Shown piece by piece: positions 1 to 11,188 of a stretch of DNA of 64,000 nt. Below the pieces are notes generated by a model, which was not told the origin of the DNA, did no database searches, and saw only the letters and a list, made by a program, of their open reading frames with translations. The DNA comes from Psammoneis japonica (lineage: Eukaryota), in NCBI GenBank assembly GCA_008632985.1, contig QPGO01000023.1, positions 217,266-281,265 of the forward strand. Direction: 5' to 3'. The stretch's first letter is position 1; every line of letters starts with the position of its first letter. Position numbers and translations under genes: made by a program.

Positions 1-77
1 TTCACTCCGGTTTCAAAAGCAGGCAAGCGGTTTTCTTCATTGCCACTTTTCTTTTCTGCATTGTCATCTCAGCATTT

Positions 78-2162
78 TTGTGCGCCGGCATCTATGTTTC
101 GAACTGCACTGCAGGCGAAACCGCAGTTAAGATCCGGCACGAACACACTTGTGATCCGACAAAGGATTGCAGCACTCGACAGCAAGGATTGACTTACAAG
201 CAGAAGCAGCATGTTGAGAAAAATGCAGATGCCAAGACGGCTGATGGAATCTTGCATCAATTGGTTGGCTTGCCTCACGAACATCTGGCAGAGCAGAATC
301 TTCTCTCCAACGATGGCAATCTACCAAGCCATAAAGAAGTCCAGACTTACTTGAAGAACCGTCGCAAACGTGAAGGAGGAGCCGCATCAGAGATTCAACG
401 ACATTGCGACGAGATGAAGAAAGATGTCAATGATCCCGGTTTGGGCGACGATGAGCCTTTCATCCTTGATTGTCACATCACATCAAAAGACGATTTTGGA
501 ATTGTCATGTCGACAAAGCGCCTGCTGTGAAAGTTCCAACTGACTTCAAGGCGCAACTTAGATGGCACGTACAAGCCACTGAGTTCCGGCCATCCAGTGA
601 CAATGATGGGTGTGGACGACGCGGAGCGCCATTGCCATCCTGTCATCATGGCGTTACCAAATTCTGAAAAAGGCAAGGACTTCAAGTTTGCAGCCAAGGC
701 GGCACTCAAGGCAGCTCCGAATTCGTTTCCCACTGTGACACTCATGGCCGACGCTGCACCAGCAATTAGGAATGGCTTGAAAGACGCTCTCAAGGCAGCA
801 TCAAACGAAGGCACCAAGCTGTCACGAACGAAGAGACAAGATTTGCACACTGTAGATTGTGTTGAGTCGATGAAACAATCCTTGGAGGAAGTTGGCGAAC
901 CCCTGGTGAGTGATCCTTGAACGTTGCATGGCTGGAGTTGCTTGACAATTCACATTCGGTCTCGCTCAACGCCATGCATTCCTCTTGCGTTGTTGCAGAA
1001 CGAAGTGACCAATGTGCACAGTGACAATGCGGAAACACGGGTGACGATGTGCCACTTCCACATGGTTTCAGCTTGTAAGAAAAACAAGTCGAAGCTGAAA
1101 AATGCTTCAAACTGGAGCGAAATCCATTCGGATGTTGGAGCCCTCCACAACGTCCCTCACCCGTTTGCCAAATCTTTTGATTACTTCATGGAGTTGTTCA
1201 TGGAGAAATGGATGCGCAAAGGCGAAGAGGATTTCGTTGAGTGTTTTAAGAAAGAGTGGAGTGGCGTTCTCCATCGCTGGTCTCGATGTCATCATCCTCC
1301 GGGATACGCAGCCTGCAACAATGGATTAGAGCGGGGCAACCGATCTGTAAAGGACATTGGCAACCACAAGCGCCAGACAGTGTATGATTTTCTCAAGTCC
1401 ATGCGCACGATGGTGGCGCTTTGGAGCCTTAAAGCGAAGGACAGCCAATTTGTTACTCCTTCGAAGCGCCCCCCTCTTGATGACAACGATTGGATAAATT
1501 ATCGCAAGCACCTTCGCGACTGGAACCAACACAGTGTAGACATTGGAGTCAAAGGAGGCACCGTTGTGAACTATGTCAACGCACAAGTTGGGGAAAGTAA
1601 GTTTTGAGTTTTGTCTCCTCCTAAATCAAGTCGCGTTGCACGTCACTCACGCTTAAGTTGCACTGAACTACCAGCATATATCCCATCAAGCATTTCCATG
1701 GACAGGTGGAAGAAGAGGGCGCTGCAAAACAACAATGGACTTGACGCAAGTGAAACAGTAAGGAAAAACATTGCAAAGTACCAAGAAGACTCGTTCCGCA
1801 ACAAGTTTGTACCATTCTGGGAAGCAATGAAAACCGGCGACAAGGCGCAGTTCGTCAAATTGAAGATAGACACTTTTGACAGATTCAGAAAACGCATGGA
1901 GTCATTTCATGTTATCACGAAGCTTCCCGAAACTGACAACAGGGAAGACATGAAGCATGCGTGTACTTGTCCAGCATATCAAAAGGAGGCAAAGTGCAAA
2001 CATGCCATTCATGTTGGGACTACAACTGGCGAGATCCCTGTCAGTATGAGCAGTCAAAGTCTTGAGAGAAAGGCGAAACCTGGACGTCCCAAGAAGACGA
2101 CAAAGGCTCTGGTGAAACAGCCTGGGGAGTACGATTCAGATTCGTCGGCTTGCACGCAGTAG
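78..2162 (+). mobile_element. Mutator-like (MULE) DDE transposase with SWIM zinc finger; 5' part probably outside window; one premature stop
   Basis: ORFs 78-530, 597-920, 924-1607 and 1611-2162 share one frame. Two GT-AG introns (906-998, 93 nt; 1597-1674, 78 nt) remove two of the stops, leaving a single TGA at 528-530. Motifs: LDGTYK, MADAAPAIRNG, MCHFH, NNGLERGNRSVK, SWIM CTCPAYQKEAKCKH, AT-hook-like KPGRPKK. Confidence 0.9.
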
Positions 2163-2212
2163 TTTCAAAGTATAAATCATTGTTATAATGACACGGGTAT
2201 AGCTGTGATTTG

Positions 2213-3597
2213 TTACTTGCTTCCACTGCAAATGCAAATATGCATGCATACTGCGGAATGCTCCTTATTGGTATCAAGCGCAACAGTAGGTGTCGAACGC
2301 ACTGGCAGTCTTACCATACATACTGTAGAATGCTCCTTGTTGGTATCAAGCACAATGGTAGGTGTTGAACATAGCGGTAGTCTTACTTTCTAAAAAGCTT
2401 CAACTGCATGTTACGTGCGTCGATTTCACCATTCTGAAAGAACTCGTCCAACAAGCTTGAGTTTGTGCCACGTTCACCGTTAACCTTGAAGGCTGGAAAA
2501 CGCTTCGGTAAGCCATAATCGCCATCGGGAGCTTTGTTCTCAATAACAGATCGACAGTTGATCAGAACACGAAGAGCTTCAAATAGGCTGCAAGCACGAG
2601 AATGACAAAACTCCACGGACTTTGGATTACAATGGCTATCTGCCTCACAGGCAAATGTTGCTTCAGCATAAGCTTGGCAATACGTAGAGAATTGGTTGCA
2701 AAGACGGGCATTTTCCTGGTTGCGGCATCCTTTCTTGTACCATGCACTGGACATCATTTTCACTAGCTTCTGCTTATAATCATTCGTATCCTTTGGATCG
2801 TGCTGATCATTGGTGCTACTAGGCATTGCAGCTGTCTCAGCTCTGCCCACGGATGTCAATGCGACATCACTATTGACGCCACGTGATGCGGTTGATGTGG
2901 CTCTGCCCGTGTGTCTTGACATACTTGTTGTTTCGAATAGCCCAAGTTGCTCTAGACGACGTAACTTCTCCACTTTCTTTTCACCATACGCTTTCCTTTT
3001 ACTAGAATACTCACAGTATTCCTTCACGTGACGGCGAATCCAGTTGTACACCTTCCTATTGTGCTCATAATGGATTCGTAAATGACCGTATTTCTTCTTG
3101 AATTGCACCAAATACTGGTATTTCGATTCCCAAGTTTCATACCGACCATGATTTGTCCCTGTGGTCTCAGTATTGTTTTTGTAGTTCGCGAGTTCTTCTT
3201 CTGCTTCTTGCGGCCTCACATCAGAATCGTTACTCTCTTGCTCGGATCCGCGGTTGTGGCTAGAGTACATTTGGGTAGTGCTGCCATCGTTGTTGGAGTA
3301 GACATGAAGAATGTCATCGTCGGACTCCTTGTTCAAATCATAATTGCCTTGATCAACATCACCATCGTTGTGATGGTGGACTTGAATGACTTCAACTTCA
3401 TCATCCGAGATCGAATCATCGTTGTCGTACTCGATCCTGCTATCGTTGTTGGAGTAGACGTCAATAATGTCGTCGTCGGAATCCTTGTTCGAAACTTCGT
3501 TGTGTTGCTCGGTATTCCCATCATTGGGATGGATGACTTGAATAACTTCAACTTCGTTGTCAGGAGCACCGTCGCTGTCTTGATTTACCCCTGCCAT
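2213..3597 (-). CDS. Acidic-repeat protein with helicase-associated (HA)-like domain, convergent with the MULE transposase
   Basis: ORF 2383-3960 with likely ATG at 3597 (MAGVNQ). WESKYQYLVQFKKKYGHLRI...VYNWIRRH matches the HA-domain pattern. Predicted intron 2386-2226 (GTAAG...TTGCAG) and short last exon ending at TAA 2213. Confidence 0.7.
2243..2386. repeat. 2 x 72-bp imperfect tandem duplication inside a predicted intron
   Basis: catgcatactgcggaatgctcc...gcagtcttac (2243-2314) vs catacatactgtagaatgctcc...gtagtcttac (2315-2386). Confidence 0.9.
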
Positions 3598-4132
3598 CTT
3601 GAGATTCGAAATACTACCGCTGTACGAGCGTTGTCCACCGACGTTGTGTAGTTCCTGAACAAACGGACCCTCTGGCAGCATATGGGATTCGAGACCATGA
3701 TGTAGACATGGAACACCATCATCGTGGAAGTTATTCCATACACTGCATGTACAAGAAACAAAACGAGAAACGAGAGAAGAGTAACGCACGATGCGTTGGA
3801 TGACAGTTCCGGCGAGGCTAAATAAATTTAAAAAATAACGTCTGCCGTTGAAACGGAAAGGGCTTGCCTCCTTTGGGGCCGTTTGGAGATCCACGTGGAG
3901 GCCAGTCGTGAAATTTATTTTTAAGAATCGCAAACTTATTTTTATAAATGAAAAAATCATCTGCGACGACGCTCCTCACTATCGGCGCTTCAGTCGTCGC
4001 TCGTCGCTGGGGTCCATTGCACTTACTATTCGCACCTACTCATCTTGTTGCCGACACGCTTTCCATCTTCAATCTCTACGTTGTGACTGATGCGGTACGA
4101 GCACCAAGCTCAGTGTGAGCTGTGTGACTGAC

Positions 4133-5134
4133 ATGGCGCTGCTACGATGTCTCTGCCGTGTTCTGTCTTTTCTCGCAATCCTCTTGGTGTTGATTCCCTT
4201 GGAAAAGATTGTGCGGATTTCGAGCGACGGAGTCCTGGAGTCCATGATCGAAGCAGTTAACCTTGGCTGCGAGTGGCAACCATACAATGACACGGAATGC
4301 ATCAATCTCCTTACACGCCGAATATACAAGAATGCTAATGCTTCGGCATACCGGTGGCTCTTTTTTGGAGACTCAACAATGCAACGTACCTTTGCTTACA
4401 GTCCTTTGTCTCCAACCGTATTGAATCAATCGAAACCCGAGTGTTGCAAGCAACTGAGTTCCGGTCCCTGCAATACAGATTCTGTCTTTCATCTCGAAAG
4501 AGCTTCACAGTGGATCGAACCCAACTTTTCTGCTGGAGAAGGACCAGTCGCTTACGGTTTAGACCATCCATTCTGTCAAGATTGTTCCGGATGCAACTCG
4601 AGTTTGCTTCTGTGTACTTGTGGTGATAGAGGAGGCGGCTACGGCAGTGTGGAATTTGCCCGGGATGTTGAACTCCAGTCAGTGCAGTATGGCACAACAC
4701 AAGAGAACTGGGCATCCCATCTTGCCAACGAATGGAACTCAAATCCCGATCAACATCGGCCAATCTGTGCATTACAAGCCGGCATTCACGACGCTGCAAT
4801 CCCACATGTTACGACTGAAGTCTACATGGCTAATGTTGAGTGGCATTTGCAGATGATGCGTTCACAATGTGAACATGCAGTCTGGCCAGGTGATGCAAGC
4901 CCTCAAACAGATCGGAACAATCAGAAGAAGGAGCAGACGCGAGAATGGAATCATGTCATACACGACAAGATACTTGCCAAACAGTTTCGAGATAGCAGTT
5001 CTTTTGTTGATGTGTGTGATGCTTCCACCGGCTTTGACATGGTGGACAATGTTCACATGGCTGCACAATGGTGCGAACTGTTGGGTGCAACTTTTCTCAA
5101 CGTCATGAAGTCTTCTCACTCTGACACTGAATAA
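4133..5134 (+). CDS. SGNH/PC-esterase-like protein with N-terminal membrane anchor (TBL/Cas1p-like acyltransferase/esterase fold); 3' third possibly hypermutated
   Basis: Hydrophobic N-terminus, FFGDSTM (GDS motif), GIHD, terminal DNVH (DxxH). Confidence 0.65.
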   Translation: MALLRCLCRVLSFLAILLVLIPLEKIVRISSDGVLESMIEAVNLGCEWQPYNDTECINLLTRRIYKNANASAYRWLFFGDSTMQRTFAYSPLSPTVLNQSKPECCKQLSSGPCNTDSVFHLERASQWIEPNFSAGEGPVAYGLDHPFCQDCSGCNSSLLLCTCGDRGGGYGSVEFARDVELQSVQYGTTQENWASHLANEWNSNPDQHRPICALQAGIHDAAIPHVTTEVYMANVEWHLQMMRSQCEHAVWPGDASPQTDRNNQKKEQTREWNHVIHDKILAKQFRDSSSFVDVCDASTGFDMVDNVHMAAQWCELLGATFLNVMKSSHSDTE

Positions 5135-5279
5135 AAAGGATCAACATTGTTGGATTGGTTTGAAAATCGTTCATGTTGTTTATCGATGTGTATAGAGTGT
5201 CAAAACTATTGTAACGGTCGTGTCTTGAAGTACGATGAACTCTGCACCTCCCGACGCCCTTAGAGTGACATCCAATTTG

Positions 5280-7790
5280 TTGAACTCATCAAACGATTTC
5301 ACTTGCTTTGACACAGTTGCAGAAAAGTTGTTTGCCGAGGACGACATCCTTTCAAGGCAAAGCTCTTTTTCTGCTGATGATGACAAAAAGGATGAGACTC
5401 TGCCATTGTCTCTGAATTGCAAGCAAATTTCATCTTTCACAAGCTCCACCATGGCCTTTCCAGTGTCATCGTCATCACCACAAACCTTCTCAAGACTCGT
5501 TGCTTGCAAAATGCTGGGCTTGTTTGTGCCAAGGGTGTGCACTGGAAGTTCTTGGTTTTGGACAACAAGGGCTGTGCTGGTGTCTTCCTCAGCACAAGCC
5601 ACACTTGGCAAGAAGAACACACCGCAAAAGTTTTGAAGCTGCTGACTCAAATGATGTGGCAAGCGCATCTCTTGCAATGTTGGTGTCATGACTGCCAACT
5701 TTGTTTTCACTCTGTTCACACCAGCCAGCATGGTTTTTCTTTGGCAGGCATCTCATGACTCTGGCTGTGGCTTTCAACTTCACAGAGCACTTGCCGTCTT
5801 TGATGCAATCTGATCAAAAAGGTCACCCACCAGCCACTGCAAAAAATCTCTGTGACACACATGGGTGCACAATCAGTGGAGGAAGGGGCAAGAGTCAGCA
5901 CTGCCACTGTCTTCCACGTGAAAAAGAGGTTGATGTGAAAAGGACAAAAGGCACAGCCAGAAGCACTGCTGTGACAAGCTTGCCAAATGCACAACAGCAG
6001 CTTTAGCCAGCACACATTGTCCAGCTCAACAATGCAGCAATGAGCTGTTGTTGGCAGCAAGGGGAACAACAAAAGGCTTGGCAAATGACAGCTGCAGCTT
6101 GGTCATTGTTGCGAGCAGCTCAAGCACTGGCAAGGCCTCTTTGTTGTGATGATGATGGCAGCAACATCTTTGGCATGGGACGTGGTTGTGCAAGCATGGC
6201 TGGAGCACTTTGTTGTTCCTGCTGCATGCATTGAGAAAGAAAAGAGCAGAGCAATGTCTGCAGAGCTTGCTTCTTGATTCATTGGATTGCACAAACAAAT
6301 GGTTGGATCAATCACAGTGAAGTTTTGTTGCCTGCAAGCAAGAGAGAGCCTTTGTTCTCCTCTTCTCACCAACAAGGCTCTGTGCTGGCCTGTCAATGAA
6401 AGAAATCTCTGTGCAAACCTCCATTTCTAGTTGCCCAGTGATGGGTGTCTTCAGCATGCAAAATTTCATCCCCAGGGTGTCAAGCAAGGGCATCAAAGTT
6501 GTCCAGTTGCATCCATTTGGTTTTTGCCATGAATTCCATCTGTGTCATTTGTCCACCATGTGTGTGACTCTGGGAAGAACTGCACAATAAGAGTGAAATT
6601 GGTGTGAGTGAAAAAGAGCACACTGCATGGTGATGCAAGTGTCAGAAGCAAGTTTTGACATGATGCAAAAACACTGTGCACAGCACTGTGCACACTTTGC
6701 ACACCTGTTCTTGTGCAGACACTTTGCATCATCATGGCTCTCTGACTTTGCAAGGTGTTGCCATTCTGGCAGCTCTCAGCTCTGCTGCATGAAAGTGCCC
6801 CACTTCTTGGCCTCACTTTGTCAATTTGGCAAGGCGCTGACATTGCTCAATTTTGCATTCTCTGTCAGGACACAAAGTCATGCCAGCAGTCCTTTTGCTT
6901 GTCATTGCCAGTTGCACACAACCAGAGATGATTGATTGTGTGGGGCATCTGCAAGGCAATCTGCAACAAGAGATGTGAGGGCACCAACAAAACTGGCTGG
7001 TCAATGGCTCATCCATGCAAACCAGAAATTTCTTCTTCTGCAGCAGGTGTCTGTGCTCAGTTGGGTCATTTTGCACATCACTGCTCCCTGCTTGTGCTCA
7101 GGCATGTGTGCTCCATGTCCAACAAAAAAATGAGAAGCAGCCAGCAGAGCCCCAAATCCCACAAAAACTCCCGCCTCCTCCTGGAGGAGCCGGCGTGGTG
7201 CGCGCACCTCCTGCATTGTTTGTGTGGACTTGAGATAAAATCAACAACAATTGCCAATAGTGTCTTTGTCAAGGCTTTGTTTGAAGCTTTTTTTTGACCT
7301 CTGACAAGAGCTGCTCAGCACTTCTCGACAACAAGAGCCATTTTGCCAACGCGCGGGCTTGTGCACAACTTCCACACAGCAGCATCTCATTGATGCAAAC
7401 TCCACCAACATCCCATTTGCCCATGCTCAAGTCTCACACATCTGCCACCTGCACAGCAAACTTTTGAGCTTGTGAAGATGTCACTGCAGAACAGAGGTTT
7501 CAGCGTGGAGCTCACCAGTGGGCAGAGCAGAGGTCTCGTCCTGGGACCCACACAAGCCAAGAGCATCAGTGCCCTCACCTCCTCAGCTGTGGTGTGGTGG
7601 TTCTTCTCAAGGATGTCCATTGAGTGAGCAGCAGAGCACTGCAACAACAATTTGCCCTTGGTTGTTTTGTTGTCATTTTTTGAGCTGCTGCAAGCCACAC
7701 ACTTGGTCCTCCGTCTTTCTCAAAGCACCTCACAGCAAGAAAAACAACAGTTGTGGATTGAAAGGACTCTCAGGCGCATTTAAGCCCTAG
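5280..7790. other. CpG- and TpA-depleted decayed island 1 (relic gene/TE sequence)
   Basis: Hand count for 6001-6300: 1 TA and 2 CG, versus 12 TA and 19 CG in genic 9001-9300. The minus-strand ORF 5180-5731 looks like the 3' end of a decayed gene. Confidence 0.85.
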
Positions 7791-7794
7791 GCAG

Positions 7795-7844
7795 CAGCCA
7801 AATTGGCTGTGTAATTTTTAAGAATTGAATTGAATTGAATTGAA
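7795..7844 (+). repeat. Hairpin plus (GAATT)4 tail, possible 3' end of a non-LTR retrotransposon
   Basis: cagccaa-a-ttggctg (7795-7809) followed by (GAATT)4GAA (7822-7844), at the point where island 1 ends. No RT motif recognised upstream. Confidence 0.4.
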
Positions 7845-8025
7845 ACAACCGGAGCATGTACACAGAACTAACTCCCCATCGTTCTACCTAATGATGGAAA
7901 CGTTGCAAACCTCAAATTATTTTGTGACTCAACGCTGGGAATCCAAACGCACGTCCCCGCCCGGAAGACCACGCACTTTCGACTTACTGTATCACAACTC
8001 ATCATCAAGAGGGGAAAACATAACC

Positions 8026-9863
8026 ATGACAAACAACACCGTCGTTATCACAGGCGGTGGTGGTTTTCTTGGCCAATGCCTCGCATCTCACCTTCTCAAG
8101 AATAAGCCAGTGGACAGGCTACTTCTCGTCGACATTAGATTTCCTGATACGCTTCAGCCGGCGATCGAAGAAGATGTCAACGACAGGGTTTCCACAATCA
8201 CAGGGGATGTTTCTGAGCAGTCTTTTACACAGTCGCTTTTTGATCAAGTAAAGGATGCGTCGTCCTTGTCTATCTTTCATCTTGGTGCCGTCATGTCTGG
8301 CGACGGCGAGCGAGACTTTGATTTGTGTGTGAGAGTCAATCTTCACGGATGCATCAGCATGCTCGAGGGAGCTCGAACATTTCAACGAGAATCAAACGTC
8401 ATGCCCAAGTTCCTCTTGGCGTCCGCAGGAGCAACCATTGGATCTGGTGCCGACGCCGATTATTACCAAGGATGATGTCATTTCAGATGCGTCCAGAGCA
8501 ACACCGCACACCACGTATGGAGCAACAAGGCTTGTTGTGAGCTTCTTTTGAGTGATTATGCTCGACGAGGATTTGTCGATGCCAGAGCACTCAGGTTGCC
8601 AACTATTGTGGTTCGAGCTGGAGCTCCAAATGCCGCCACGACGGGGTGCTTTTCTGGAGTGATTCGAGAGCCACTCGGCGGAGTTCCTGTTGTCCTACCG
8701 ATTGGGAAGCACGTCCCGCATGCAGTTACCGGAGCTAGGGCTGCAATCAACGCTATGGTCACCTTACATGATGCTGAAGAGAGCAAATCGAAAAAGTGTT
8801 GGGTTACGATAGGACGGTATTTCTTCCAGCAGTAGCACTTGCATTGGGAGACTTGCAAGACGCACTAGGCAAGGTAGTGACAGCAGAGACTAAAGGAAAA
8901 CTGGGAGACATTACGTATGAAGTAGACGAGCAGCTCTCAGCTGTTGTAGGGAGCTTTCCGACAAAGATTGACGCGTCTCGTGCCCTCAAACTTGGAATCC
9001 CGCCAGCACCGGATGCTGAGCAGTTAGTGAGGGAGTATATTGAAGATTTTGGTTCAGCGGTAGCGGAAGGAATCGAGATTTCCCCAATCGCAGAGCCTAC
9101 CGCACCCTCAACAGACTCCAAGGTTGCAGTGATTACTGGCGGAGGAAGTGGAATCGGACGTGCCGTCGCTATCCGTCTCTCTAAGGGTGGATGGACAGTG
9201 GTATTGGTAGGACGTAGAATGGAGACGCTGTGCGAGACAAAGGACATGCTACAAGATCAGGCCAACTGCATCTGCGTCAGAACAGACGTTTCCGTGGAGA
9301 CTGAAGTCGACAAGCTATTTGCTACCGCCGAGGCCAGATACGGACGCATAGATTTGCTATTCAACAATGCCGGCATAAATGTTGCTGCGGCTAGCACAGA
9401 GAATGTCTCCTTTACCGACTTTGAGAAAGTAATCAAGACCAACGTCGGAGGGCCTTTTCTCTGCGCACGAGCTGCAATGAGAGTCATGGCAAAACACGGG
9501 GGCGGCCGAATCATAAACAATGGCAGCATCTCGGCACACGTCCCTCGACCCGGTTCAACGTGCTACACTACCTCTAAGCATGCCGTCTTGGGACTCACCA
9601 AGTGCATTGCCCTTGATGGCAGGGCAATCAATGTTGCTTGCGGTCAAATCGACTTTGGAAACGTCGTAAGTGAAATGAGTCTGGGGACAAACAAGGCGGG
9701 TACTGGAGCCATGCAAGCGAATGGCACCTTGTTAGAAGAGCCTTCCATGTCTCTCGAGGATGCCGCAGAGACGTTTTGGGCAATGGCCAGCTTGCCTTTA
9801 GAGGCGAATATTCTCCAAATGACGGTCATGGCCACAAAGATGCCGTTTGTCGGACGTGGGTGA
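8026..9863 (+). CDS. Fusion of extended SDR (D-erythronate dehydrogenase/NAD-epimerase-like) and classical SDR; three frameshifts, probably assembly errors
   Basis: Domain 1: ITGGGGFLG, FHLGAVMSGDGERDFDL, TTYGATK (after repair), LRLPTIVVRAGAPNAA. Domain 2: VITGGGSGIG, LFNNAG, IINNGSIS, YTTSK, MPFVGRG. Frame breaks at ~8460, ~8527 and ~8785. Confidence 0.85.
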
Positions 9864-10165
9864 AAATTCTGTCTCAAGATAAATCGACGATTGAGCAAGA
9901 TGAAGTATCCTCTACTAACTGACCTATATTATCTCGGTGTAATCGTGATCTTCGTAAAAAAAGCCCGTAGATTTTAAAGCACAATGCTGTGAGCACTGAT
10001 GCATTGGTAACTAGCTACTTTGTGTAGTCCCTTAGCGCTTGTGGAGGTTCTGATCGGAGAACTAAATATAAGGATCTTTTTTAACAAACGTATGAAACTC
10101 TATTCAGTATGGCTCGAGTCTATGGTAGCCATCAACTTTGTGATAAACTGCGCCCCCATTCTTTC

Positions 10166-10900
10166 TTATATATCTGGATTGTACAACTTGGCAGTGTCGC
10201 TCAACAAGAATTCAATCCATTTTCGATCGGTATGAGCAAACCAAAGAATGAGCGTAAAGGCGGCAATCACGGAAACGAGGGCCGAGGCATAAATACGTGC
10301 TTCCTCATGATTCCAAAAGACAACCCAACCCACTTGCCCCAGAACGCACATGAACAGTGGAACCCCATATGCAAAACAACGCAAGGCCAATCTCCAATCC
10401 GAGTCACAGCTTTAACATATTGATACGAGGGGATTAGAAGTGACTTCAAGAGTTATTCGAACAAAGACTTTCACTTTTCGTCGTTTTGCTATCGAGACTC
10501 ACCGTTTTCTCCAAAAGTCACCAAAAGCCACTTCACGATTGACACAGTCATACCGTAAGATAGCGACCAGCATAAATGTCGTATTCAACATTGCAATCAG
10601 CATCAGGCTCACAACCATTGCGGTTGTGCATCCAAAAATGACTAAAAGCACGGGATTCAAGTCGTCGGGTATTGAGATTTCCACCATGACAATCATACTA
10701 AAGCCAGCAATAAGCGCGCTATTGTTGGAAATGGCCCTGAGTTGCTGAGCCTTTTCGTCCACGGATCTTCGGGCGTCATCAATGGCCCTCCGCTCATTCT
10801 CCAAGGCACGTTGAGCCATGTCTTCTTCGCGGCACTTTATTTCCCATGCCATGTCCGCCATGTCCATACCGGCTGTGAAAGAACTCAAAACAGAAGTCAT
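10166..10900 (-). CDS. ORAI: Orai-family (CRAC) calcium channel subunit
   Basis: TM1 QLRAISNNSALIAGFSMIVMVE matches Orai [22 protein letters not shown] including the filter Glu. Intron 10502-10410 joins WRKR to CDSDWRLA. Four hydrophobic segments. Confidence 0.9.
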
Positions 10901-11188
10901 TGTTGGTGTTATCAGTAAGTATTGGAGAATTTAGAAGTAGATTGTGACAGTTACAACGACGGCGTTGTCTCGTGTCTCATGGTGCATTCAGCATCATCAT
11001 CTGACATCTCGCTCTGCTGATAAACTGAAGGGCCCTTCGACTCCTTCGACTGAACTTGAATGAGAACTCGTGACTCAGATTCGGGATTCATCCACGATTG
11101 TCACAAAAATTTTGCGAAAATCTCCAAATCGCGAACGTCGAACGTGACAAAGACGATGACACGAGTTACACTAAAATACGAAATCACA

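Noticed and set aside
528..530. In-frame TGA as selenocysteine, readthrough or an alternative genetic code
   Set aside because: Host genes use TGA as a normal stop (e.g. 9861-9863); CGA->TGA is the simpler explanation.
3821..3920. 10-bp inverted repeat aaataaattt/aaatttattt as a MULE TIR or MITE
   Set aside because: Too short, AT-only, does not extend, and no TSD seen.
5400..7790. Many overlapping Cys/His/Gln-rich ORFs here and in 31.9-34.1 kb and 52.6-64 kb as metal-binding proteins
   Set aside because: They occur in all six frames and follow directly from the TG/CA-rich composition.
7787..7809. Helitron 3' end (hairpin + CTAG on the minus strand)
   Set aside because: Hairpin-to-CTAG spacing is only ~4 nt, the next base is not T, and the element body would have to be the normal gene on the right.
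8455..8800. Programmed ribosomal frameshifting in the SDR fusion
   Set aside because: Similar indels occur in many unrelated genes at short homopolymers; assembly error is more likely.
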